From: an uncultured Opitutaceae bacterium
GTDB lineage: Bacteria; Verrucomicrobiota; Verrucomicrobiia; Opitutales; Opitutaceae
Reading direction: 5' to 3'
Assembly (NCBI GenBank): GCA_903929355.1
Contig: CAIYUN010000041.1
Coordinates: 10,539 to 74,538 of the forward strand
DNA length: 64,000 bases
Shown here: positions 37,547 through 45,204 of the stretch, one piece after another
Numbering within the stretch: position 1 is the first letter of the stretch
Layout: each line of letters begins with the position of its first letter
Notes under the pieces: generated by a model
Database searches by the model: none
What the model saw: only the letters and a program-made list of their open reading frames with translations
What the model was told of the DNA's origin: nothing
Position numbers and translations under genes: made by a program

Positions 37547-38609
37547 TCAGAGCAGGCCCTTCTTCACCTTGGCGGCGAGCAGGCGCTCCAACTCCTTGCG
37601 GAGCGCCTTTTCCTTGCCGCGCAGGCCGGGCATGAGCGCGAGCCAGTTGTAGATTTCCTCCCGCAGATGGCGGGGCATGGCCGGCTCCTCGGCGATCACC
37701 TTGTCGAGCGCACGCACCACGGCCGTCGCCACCTGGTCGCACAACACGGCGGCGGTGGCGGAGGCGTGCTGGCCGGCCAGGCGTACCACCTCGTCGAGTG
37801 CGGCCCGGCGGCCGCGGGCGCGGCGGCGCTGGAGCGCGCGATAGGCGTGCAGGCTGTCCAGCCCGAGCGTGACCGTGCGCGGGAAAAAGTCCGTCAGCCG
37901 GCCGCGCGGCGCCCGCCGGGGGCCCGATCCCGTCGCGGCGTCGCAGAGGACGACCGCAGGCAGGTCGGCAAACTTGGCAAACATGAAATCCGCCGCCGTC
38001 CCGTCGTCCGGCCCGGCATCGTCGAGACAGAACAGGCCCGCGTCGCATTCCAGCAGCGTCCGCAGATGGTGGTCGCGGACGAGCCGCGGGTGCCGACCCC
38101 GCGGCGCGAAGTCCTGGGGCAGGCGGCAGAGGTATTTGCCGTGGGACTTCTCGTACACCGCCTCGGCCAGGCCGGCGTGCCCGAGCAGGCGCGCGAAGCC
38201 GGCGCGCTCTCCCGCGAAATAGACCGGGTGGCTGGTTTTCTTTTTCACGACAGATCGACGATGGCGGTGGCCGGGCGCGGCTCAACGAGAAACCGCCGTG
38301 GCCGCAGAATGGGTGCACCACCACGTTGTGTCCAAGATTCTGTCGTTGTGCACCGAGACCACTGCGGTAAATCCAAGGGTCGAGAGCAATCCATCGGAAG
38401 GAGCGGAGCGGTTGTTTTCAGCTGCCGGATGCGGGTGCTGCAACCAAACTGAATTCTTTAAGTGATTAGCTCCGTGTGCGCTCTGGCTGTGTGTTCGGTG
38501 CAATCAATCTGCGCATTTTTGTTCTGTATCCGGGTCCATCCGTGGTTCATCCGTGGTTCATCCGTGGTTAAAAACTACTTCCCCTCCGTACCTGATTTCC
38601 TGATTTCCC
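37371..38609. mobile_element. 1.24-kb cassette bounded by ~70-nt composite inverted repeats, carrying the NDT-like gene
   Basis: Left arm GGAAATCAGGAAATCAGGAACGGGACGAAGTTATAACCACGGATTACACGGATGATCACGGATCC (37371..37435). The reverse complement of the right arm (38533..38609) is GGAAATCAGGAAATCAGGTACGGAGGGGAAGTAGTTTTTAACCACGGATGAACCACGGATGAACCACGGATGG. Confidence 0.55.
37547..38248 (-). CDS. nucleoside 2-deoxyribosyltransferase-like protein
   Basis: 233-aa ORF. N-terminal VYFAGE and later DDGTAADFMFAKFADLPAVVL resemble the NDT/PF05014 pattern. Sits inside a TIR-bounded cassette. Confidence 0.5.
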   Translation of the reverse strand: MKKKTSHPVYFAGERAGFARLLGHAGLAEAVYEKSHGKYLCRLPQDFAPRGRHPRLVRDHHLRTLLECDAGLFCLDDAGPDDGTAADFMFAKFADLPAVVLCDAATGSGPRRAPRGRLTDFFPRTVTLGLDSLHAYRALQRRRARGRRAALDEVVRLAGQHASATAAVLCDQVATAVVRALDKVIAEEPAMPRHLREEIYNWLALMPGLRGKEKALRKELERLLAAKVKKGLL

Positions 38610-38617
38610 TATAAAAT

Positions 38618-39745
38618 TCAGCGGAAATTTCCGGGTGAGTTGGAGTTCTGAATCGCCTCGTCGGCGCTGATGGTGCCCGCATGGAGCAGCGTGCGCAGGT
38701 GGCTCTCCATCGTGCTCATACCCTCCTTTTTGCCGGTCTCGATCACCGACTGCAACTGGTGGATGGAGTTTTGGCGGATGAGATTGGCGACGGATGGGCT
38801 GTTCTTGAGAATTTCCATGGCCAGCACCCGGCCGCCGTCCGTGCGGGCGAGCAGCTTCTGCCCGAGCACATAGGCGAGGCTGAGCGAGAGCTGCGTGGCC
38901 GTCTCGGCCGCCCGTTCCGACGGCATGGCGTCAATCACACGGGTGATGGCGCTCCGGGTGTCGCGGGTGTGCAGGGTGCTGAGCACCAGGTGGCCGGTCT
39001 CCGCCGCCGTGAGGGCGAGCGCGACCGTCTCCGGATCCCGCAACTCGCCCACGTAGATCACGTCGGGATCCTCGCGGAGCGCGCTGCGCAGGCCCTCGGC
39101 GAACGAACCCATGTGCCGGCCCAGCTCGCGCTGGGAAAACAGCGCCCGGTCGCTTTCAAAGATATACTCAATCGGGTCCTCCAGCGTGATGACGCGGACC
39201 TGCCTGGTCTGGTTGATGTGGTTGAGCAAGGCGGCGATGGTCGTGGACTTGCCGCTGCCCGTCGGCCCGGTGACGAGGATCAATCCCTGCATGAGCATGC
39301 AGATCTCCTGCCAGACCAGGTCGCTGGGCATACCCAGGTCGCGGATGTCGGGGATGGTGACCGGGAGGACCCGCAGCACGGCGGCCAACCCGTCGAGGTC
39401 GTTGAACACGTTCAGCCGGAAATTGATTTTTTTCGCGGTCCAATACCAGGACGTGTCCACATCCCCCGGTGGCACCCCGCGCAGGCGCTCGATCTGCCGG
39501 TCATTTAGAAAAGGGAGAATGAGGCGCTCCGCGATCCAAGGGGTGAGGACGCTCGCGCCCGGCAGCGCGATGATATCGCCCTCCCGGCGGTAATGCGCGG
39601 GCCGGCCGACCTTGAGGTGCAGGTCGGAGTAGGGCGAGACCAGGCCGGCCTGCTCCGGCGGCAGGATGAATTTGGCCAGCAGATCCTGCGCGGAAAAAAG
39701 CTCGTCGCCGACGGGATAGACGGGATCGGTGAACAAATGGGGCAT
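38618..39745 (-). CDS. pilT: PilT/PilU-type twitching-motility ATPase
   Basis: ORF 38618..39865(-), Met at 39745. Walker A VTGPTGSGKSTT, ITLEDPIEY, Walker B/His box LVLSTLHT. Confidence 0.85.
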   Translation of the reverse strand: MPHLFTDPVYPVGDELFSAQDLLAKFILPPEQAGLVSPYSDLHLKVGRPAHYRREGDIIALPGASVLTPWIAERLILPFLNDRQIERLRGVPPGDVDTSWYWTAKKINFRLNVFNDLDGLAAVLRVLPVTIPDIRDLGMPSDLVWQEICMLMQGLILVTGPTGSGKSTTIAALLNHINQTRQVRVITLEDPIEYIFESDRALFSQRELGRHMGSFAEGLRSALREDPDVIYVGELRDPETVALALTAAETGHLVLSTLHTRDTRSAITRVIDAMPSERAAETATQLSLSLAYVLGQKLLARTDGGRVLAMEILKNSPSVANLIRQNSIHQLQSVIETGKKEGMSTMESHLRTLLHAGTISADEAIQNSNSPGNFR

Positions 39746-39868
39746 GGGGATCGGGAGCAGGGGAAGGACGCGGGTGAACGAAACGGACGACGGTCTGAGA
39801 ACGGCAGGCGGGGGGAAAAGTTCAACGGGAATCTGCCGGACGGGAAAAAGGGCGGAGAACTCCACCTC

Positions 39869-40330
39869 TCACCCCTGCTCCCACCGGCGCTCGCCCAGGG
39901 GATCGCGGCCTTCGTCCAGCTCGATGAAGTCGAAGAATGTTTCCAAAGGTTGGGCGGCGAGACCGGCTTCGGCCATCCGCTCGCGCAGCACCACCGTGCG
40001 GTCGTCGCGCCAGCCTAGTTTCATCATAAACCGGCTCCAAATATTGCACTCGTCGTCAGTGCGGGCGACGCCCTGCGTCCCGGCCCAGGCGAGGATTTCG
40101 GCGTCGGTGCCGCCAGCGAGCACCCGCGCCTTCAAATCCTCGTAGGGCACGCCCAAGAAGCGGCAGCAACGCGCGTCAAACACCACCGGGCGCGGTTCGC
40201 CGAGATTGGCGACATACTCGGCGGGCAGCCGCCCGGCAGCATGCAGGCGGATCTTGTCGAGCATCCGGCCGAAATAGACGAGGCGGCCGACTTGGTCGTA
40301 GGGACTGCGGAGACCGGGGATGGTGGGCAT
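39869..40330 (-). CDS. DUF5069 domain protein
   Basis: PGLRSPYDQVGRLVYFGRMLDKIRLHAAGRLPAEY matches the DUF5069 N-terminal pattern; paralog at 41522. Confidence 0.7.
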   Translation of the reverse strand: MPTIPGLRSPYDQVGRLVYFGRMLDKIRLHAAGRLPAEYVANLGEPRPVVFDARCCRFLGVPYEDLKARVLAGGTDAEILAWAGTQGVARTDDECNIWSRFMMKLGWRDDRTVVLRERMAEAGLAAQPLETFFDFIELDEGRDPLGERRWEQG

Positions 40331-40375
40331 TTTGAGATTTTGGAATGCGGAATTTGGAATTTGGATTGGAAAAGG
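40330..40375. repeat. CCAAAAT word repeat (inverted orientation)
   Basis: TTTTGAGATTTTGGAATGCGGAATTTGGAATTTGGATTGGAAAAGG, immediately upstream of the DUF5069 gene start (40330). Confidence 0.7.
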
Positions 40376-40384
40376 CGGTGCCGA

Positions 40385-40825
40385 TCAGGGGCGGCGGAGA
40401 TAAACAAACGTGATCAGGGCGGCGAAGGCCAGGGTGGGACCGTTGATCCACCAGGCGCTAAACGGCACCTGGTAGGTTTGCACCAACCACCACACCCCCC
40501 AGCACTTCAGCCCGATGAGCACCCAGCCCGCAGCGATGATCCGTTCGGAGCGCCGGCTGCGCGGCTCGCGCGGCACAACTGCGCGCACCTCCTCCACAAA
40601 CGCGCGCTCATAGTTCTCCCCGGCGGAGGGGCGCGTGAAGAGCTTGAAAAAATTGGCGAGCACCCGGGAAAAGTAGTCACCCAGGGTCTTTTGCCAAGCC
40701 CGCGCTGGTTCTGGCGGCGCCAGGTGGCACCGGTGACCCAACCCGTTGGCCCCGCCGACCCGCCAAATTTGGGCTGGCAATCCGGCCGGAACTCCGCACG
40801 GTAAACCCTGTGAAAGTGATTCCAT
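40385..40825 (-). CDS. hypothetical membrane protein
   Basis: ORF with two C-terminal TM helices (AAGWVLIGLKCWGVWWLV, TLAFAALITFVYL). The 5' end overlaps the divergent gene, so the real start is probably downstream. Confidence 0.4.
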   Translation of the reverse strand: MESLSQGLPCGVPAGLPAQIWRVGGANGLGHRCHLAPPEPARAWQKTLGDYFSRVLANFFKLFTRPSAGENYERAFVEEVRAVVPREPRSRRSERIIAAGWVLIGLKCWGVWWLVQTYQVPFSAWWINGPTLAFAALITFVYLRRP

Positions 40826-41382
40826 TCTGCGCCGGACTGCTGCTCGGCGGCGGGCTTGTGCTCGCCGGACCCGCGCCGTCGTCCTCCCGCGGGCTGGATG
40901 AGCTGGTCAAGGACTCCCCTTTTCTGCCCCATGTGGGCAGCCCCGCCGATGGGCTGATGAACGCACTGGAGTTTCGCGGCGTGCTCGCCTCGCCCGCCGG
41001 GGTGATGGTGGGGCTCTATGATCGCGCGAGCGACAACAGCTACTGGTTGCCGGCGCCCAAACCCGGCCAGGCGGGGCCACCGGCCGCCCCCGGGGAGATC
41101 GCCGTGCGCGAATTTGACCCTCTCAACAACCGGTTGCGGGTGGATAATGCGGGGCGGGTTCTCACTCTCATCCTCGCGCCGGACAAGGTCGGCCTTCTCC
41201 TGCCGACCAACGACGCTCCGCCCGCGCCCGACCTCACCCCCGCGATCAATGGCAATATCCCCCAGATCGCCGGGGAGGTTCCGCGCCGCCGTTCCTTACG
41301 GCAGGTCGAGGTCGTAAACCAGGCTTTGCGCGAGGCCGGCTCGACCGAGCTGCTGCCGGGCAATCCGCCGGCGGCGGAGTAA
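40810..41382 (+). CDS. hypothetical secreted protein (PilP/GspC-like feel)
   Basis: GTG start, signal peptide IPFCAGLLLGGGLVLAG, then LEFRGVL...YWL...VREFD...LRV beta-rich pattern. Confidence 0.5.
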   Translation: MKVIPFCAGLLLGGGLVLAGPAPSSSRGLDELVKDSPFLPHVGSPADGLMNALEFRGVLASPAGVMVGLYDRASDNSYWLPAPKPGQAGPPAAPGEIAVREFDPLNNRLRVDNAGRVLTLILAPDKVGLLLPTNDAPPAPDLTPAINGNIPQIAGEVPRRRSLRQVEVVNQALREAGSTELLPGNPPAAE

Positions 41383-41521
41383 ACTGATTTTCAGGTTTGG
41401 CCTCAGTCCGGGTGGGTGATCGCACCAACCACCAGCACGATCAGCCCGACAGATACACCAAACCCCGCCAGGACCGCGCGGCGTTGACGCCCGGTGGAAC
41501 CGCGCCACACTCCGCCCTCCG

Positions 41522-41983
41522 ATGCCCTCCCGCCCCATCCCCGGCTCGACCGGCGAAGTGCTCACCTGCCTGCCGTCCCCCTATCTGCCCCACGCGGCGA
41601 CGGGGCTGCTTTACCTGCCGCGCTTTCTCGCCAAGTGCAACTATGTGAAGGCCCACGGCGCGCTCCCCGCCAGCTACGCGAAAAACTACCGTCGCGGGCT
41701 CGACCGTTTCCTCTGTCAACACCTCGGCATCGAGCCGGCCGCAGTGGAGAAGATCGTGTTTGAGTCGACCGACGACGCGGCGATCGAGGCCGGACTGAAA
41801 TCACTGCTGCCCGCCGACGTGCGCGCCGCCCAGTGGAACCGCGCCCTGGTGCAAAAGGGCCTGACGCCCGCCGGGCAGGAGTTTCTCCTGGAGGCCCTGA
41901 CGGCCATGGGTTGCGCCGACCGCGCCGGTGAGATCAGGAGCGTGCCCGACCTGATTGATTTCGACGAGGGGCGGATCGAGTGA
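41522..41983 (+). CDS. DUF5069 domain protein
   Basis: LPSPYLPHAATGLLYLPRFLAKCNYVKAHGALPASY is a paralog of 39869..40330. Confidence 0.7.
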   Translation: MPSRPIPGSTGEVLTCLPSPYLPHAATGLLYLPRFLAKCNYVKAHGALPASYAKNYRRGLDRFLCQHLGIEPAAVEKIVFESTDDAAIEAGLKSLLPADVRAAQWNRALVQKGLTPAGQEFLLEALTAMGCADRAGEIRSVPDLIDFDEGRIE

Positions 41984-42016
41984 GGGGACGGCCGGATCGA
42001 AAGGTGGTACGCGACC

Positions 42017-43681
42017 TCAGCGCGGGCGCACGAGCAGCAGGGTGCGGTCGTCGCCCCGGGTCGCCAGGACGGCAAACTCCCGCAAATCGCGGTCCACGGC
42101 TTCGGTGATCTCGGCCAGGGGACGGCCGGCGTCGCGCCGGAGGACCGCGGCGAGCCGGTCGCTGCCGAACTCCTCGTCCGCCGCGCTGGCCGCCTCGGTG
42201 ATGCCATCGGTGTAAAGGGCGAGCAGGTCGCCGGGGCTCAGGGTCACCTCGCCCTCCGCCAGCTCGGCGTCAAAAATCGGCCCGGGGTCGAGGCCGAGCG
42301 CCAGGCCGCCCGCATGGAGGTACTCCTCCTTCTTCGCACCGGCGCGCAGCAGCAACGCCGGCTCGTGGCCGGCGCGGACATAACGCAACCGGTTGGTATC
42401 GAGGTCGAGGATGCCGTAGAAAAGGGAGATGAACATGCCGCGCGGCATGTCGGAGTGGAGGGCCCGGTTGACCCGGCGCACGACGGCGGCGGCGCTGGGT
42501 TCGTCAGTGGCGCACTGGCGCAGCGTGGCCCGGCAGGCGGCCATCATCAGCGCGGCGGCGGGGCCCTTCCCCGCGACGTCCGCGATGACAAAACCCCAGC
42601 GGCGCGCGGCCACGGGCAGCACGTCGTAATAGTCGCCGCCGATGTGCGCCGAGGGTTGCGCCAGCGCCGCGATCTCGACCGTGCCGATGTCCGGGAACAC
42701 ATGGGGCCGCAGATGGTGCTGCACCTCGCCGGCGAGGCGCAGGTCGCGCTCCTGGCGCTCGCGCTCGCGCTGCTCCGCCTCCTTGCGCACGGTGATGTCC
42801 GTGATGAGGCCCTCGTGGTGGGTCACGCTGTTCCCGGCCGAGAACCGCACGACGGTGTGGTCGTCCACCCAGCGCGCGGAGCCGTCGGCGCAGAGGAGGC
42901 GGTATTCCTGATTGTATTCGGCATGGCCGCCGGCGGCATGAACGGCCATCTCCGCCTTCACCCGCTCCCGGTCGTCGGGATGGGTGATGTCGAGGAAGGT
43001 GAGGCGACGGCTGGTGAAATCCTCGGATGTGTAGCCGAACTGGCGGATGCTGGCGGAGACAAATTCGACCGGCCAGCCCGGCTCCGCCTTCCACAGGACG
43101 ACGACGGACGGTGAGCGGTTGACGATGCGCTCGAGCTCCTCGCGCCGGCGCAACACGTCATGCAGCTCGGCCTCGGCCTGTTTGCGGGCCGTGATGTCCT
43201 CCAGCAGCGAAAACTGGTGGGTCACATGGCCGGCGGCGTCGCGCAGCACGACCACGGTGAGGCTGCCCCACACCAGGCTGCCGTCGCGGTGCCGGTAGCG
43301 TTTATCCAGCGCGAAGCCGGTGCCCTCGCCCCGGTGGAGCGCGGCCGCCATCTCGTCCTGGCGGGCCAGGTCGTCCGGATGGGTGATGTTGCGGACGTTG
43401 GTGTAATCGGCGGCCTCCGCCGGGGTCAGACCGATGATCTCGCAGAAGCGGTGGTTGAGATAATGGACCTCCCGCGCGCCGTCCTGGGCCCATTCAACCC
43501 AACTGATGCCGATGGGGGCATGGTCGAAAAACAGCCGCAGTTGTTCATGCACCTCCTGGGCGGCGGTAGCCGGACCAGGTGGCAACAGGATGGTTTCAAC
43601 CCGCATGGGTGGACGGGTCTGGCGGACGGCTTCGGGCATGGGCAGGTGGTGAGGGGTCAAACTTGGGCAGGAATGAGCCAA
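42017..43681 (-). CDS. PAS-PAS sensor with PP2C/SpoIIE phosphatase domain (RsbU-like)
   Basis: Two PAS-like repeats (FFDHAPIGISWVEW...; IVNRSPSVVVLWKAE...) and a C-terminal SpoIIE pattern GGDYYDV...FVIADVAGKG...LYTDGITEA. Confidence 0.85.
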   Translation of the reverse strand: MAHSCPSLTPHHLPMPEAVRQTRPPMRVETILLPPGPATAAQEVHEQLRLFFDHAPIGISWVEWAQDGAREVHYLNHRFCEIIGLTPAEAADYTNVRNITHPDDLARQDEMAAALHRGEGTGFALDKRYRHRDGSLVWGSLTVVVLRDAAGHVTHQFSLLEDITARKQAEAELHDVLRRREELERIVNRSPSVVVLWKAEPGWPVEFVSASIRQFGYTSEDFTSRRLTFLDITHPDDRERVKAEMAVHAAGGHAEYNQEYRLLCADGSARWVDDHTVVRFSAGNSVTHHEGLITDITVRKEAEQRERERQERDLRLAGEVQHHLRPHVFPDIGTVEIAALAQPSAHIGGDYYDVLPVAARRWGFVIADVAGKGPAAALMMAACRATLRQCATDEPSAAAVVRRVNRALHSDMPRGMFISLFYGILDLDTNRLRYVRAGHEPALLLRAGAKKEEYLHAGGLALGLDPGPIFDAELAEGEVTLSPGDLLALYTDGITEAASAADEEFGSDRLAAVLRRDAGRPLAEITEAVDRDLREFAVLATRGDDRTLLLVRPR

Positions 43682-43781
43682 CCGCCAGCGCAGAATTTGA
43701 AGCCAGCTGTCCCCGTCCGCGCCCCCTTGGTTGTGGACCGGGCTGGTTTAAACCGATTGGCCAACGGTTGGAACTGGCTAT

Positions 43782-43804
43782 AATGTCAACTATTGGTTGA
43801 CATT
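43782..43804. promoter_or_regulatory. AT-rich palindrome AATGTCAAC-TATTG-GTTGACATT, candidate operator ~100 nt upstream of the PAS-PP2C gene
   Basis: A perfect 9-bp inverted repeat in an otherwise GC-rich spacer. It contains TTGACA hexamers on both strands. Confidence 0.35.
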
Positions 43805-43900
43805 GTTTGACGGCGCCCGCGATGCCGGCCCGGCGGGCAGCGGCAGAGTGTCGGCCGAAGCCAGACTGAATATATCCCTGCTGATGCTGAGAGTTGCGCC

Positions 43901-44773
43901 CTACCCTTTCACCGCGCCGGCGGTCACGCCCCGGACGAGATGCCCTTGCAGCGCGACGTAAACGATGAGGATCGGCAGCGTCACCAGTACCAGCCCGGCG
44001 AAGAGCATCCCCTGGCTGGCGTGGTATTGCGCGGTGATGGCGAGGTTGGCCAGCCCGAGAGGCAGCGTGCGCGCCGTGCCGGCGGGGTCGCCGCCCACCA
44101 GCATGAAGGCGAAAAAATACTCCTTCCACACCCCGATGAACTGGAACACCCCTACCGTCACCAGACCCGGCCGCGCGAGCGGGAGCATCACCCGCCAGAA
44201 CGCCCCCGCCTCGGTGCAGCCGTCCACCACTGCGGCCTCGTAGAGGGAGCGGGGGAGCGTCTTGAAAAACCCCGCGAGGATGAAGATGGCAAAAGGCAGG
44301 CCGTTGGCGGTGTAGACCAGGATGAGGCCCATCCGTGAGTTGAGCAGACCCAGTGCGCGCAGCTCGAAGAACAGCGGCACCATCGCCAACTGGGCCGGGA
44401 GCATGAGTCCCGCGAGGAACAGCCAGAACACCGCCCGCCCGAGCGGATGCGCAAACCGCGCCAGCGCATAGGCCGCCATCGCCCCGAGCAGCACGATCAG
44501 GCCGACCGAGACCGTGGTCACAAGCACGCTGTTGAGAAAATAGTCGCCGAAACCGGCCTCATGCCACGCCCGGGCGTAGTTCTCCGGGTGCAGCGCCCCC
44601 GCCGTCGGCAGCGCGAAGGCGTCGGTGAAAATCGCCTGGTCCGACTTGAGCGAGGAATATGCCACCCAGACCATGGGAAACACGACCCACAACCCGTAAG
44701 CGGCGAGCGTGGAAAGGAGCAAGGCGCGGGAGACGGTAAATTTGTTTTTTAACACGGAGGGCACGGAGAGCAC
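43901..44773 (-). CDS. carbohydrate ABC transporter permease (MalG-like)
   Basis: EAA-loop region LYEAAVVDGCTEAGAFWRVMLPLARPG; 6 TM. The first ~10 codons are encoded by the CACGGAG repeat, so the real start is uncertain. Confidence 0.85.
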   Translation of the reverse strand: MLSVPSVLKNKFTVSRALLLSTLAAYGLWVVFPMVWVAYSSLKSDQAIFTDAFALPTAGALHPENYARAWHEAGFGDYFLNSVLVTTVSVGLIVLLGAMAAYALARFAHPLGRAVFWLFLAGLMLPAQLAMVPLFFELRALGLLNSRMGLILVYTANGLPFAIFILAGFFKTLPRSLYEAAVVDGCTEAGAFWRVMLPLARPGLVTVGVFQFIGVWKEYFFAFMLVGGDPAGTARTLPLGLANLAITAQYHASQGMLFAGLVLVTLPILIVYVALQGHLVRGVTAGAVKG

Positions 44774-45204
44774 GGAGTGAGAGAGTGAGGGCCGTTGACC
44801 ACGCGGCGCACGCCATCGGTCAGTTTGGACACATGAAAGTTGATCAGCAGGCCCACGGGTTTGGCGGCCAGCCGCAGATAGGAGAGAAGTTGGGCCTCGT
44901 GGATGGGATCCAACCGGCTCACCGCCTTCAGTTCGACGATGACCGTATCTCCGACCAGCAAGTCGAGGCGATAGCCCTCGTCGAGCTGCAGGCCGCGATA
45001 GGTCACAGGCAGAAGCTTTTGCCTTTCAACCGTGAGTCCGCCGTCTGCCAGCTCATAGGCCATGCATGCCTCGTAGGCCGACTCGAGCAGCCCCGGCCCC
45101 AGCTCCCGGTGCACCCGGATGGCCGCGCCAATAATCCTCTCCGTCAGCTCGTTTGGTTGCATCATGATTTTCTCCGTGTTGTCCGTGCTCTCCGTGTTAA
45201 AAAT
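44745..45204. mobile_element. 460-bp cassette bounded by ~36-nt inverted repeats, carrying the GxxExxY gene inside an ABC transporter operon
   Basis: Left arm TTTTTTAACACGGAGGGCACGGAGAGCACGGAG (44745..). The reverse complement of the right arm is GATTTTTAACACGGAGAGCACGGACAACACGGAGAA (..45204). It fills exactly the gap between the upstream stop (45204) and the downstream permease start. Confidence 0.6.
44749..45165 (-). CDS. GxxExxY protein (PD-(D/E)XK-like small protein family)
   Basis: ORF 44749..45390(-), Met-Met at 45165. NELTERIIGAAIRVHRELGPGLLESAYEACMAYEL...VIVELKAV...HEAQLLSYL contains the eponymous G-LL-E-SA-Y motif. Confidence 0.8.
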   Translation of the reverse strand: MMQPNELTERIIGAAIRVHRELGPGLLESAYEACMAYELADGGLTVERQKLLPVTYRGLQLDEGYRLDLLVGDTVIVELKAVSRLDPIHEAQLLSYLRLAAKPVGLLINFHVSKLTDGVRRVVNGPHSLTPCSPCPPC

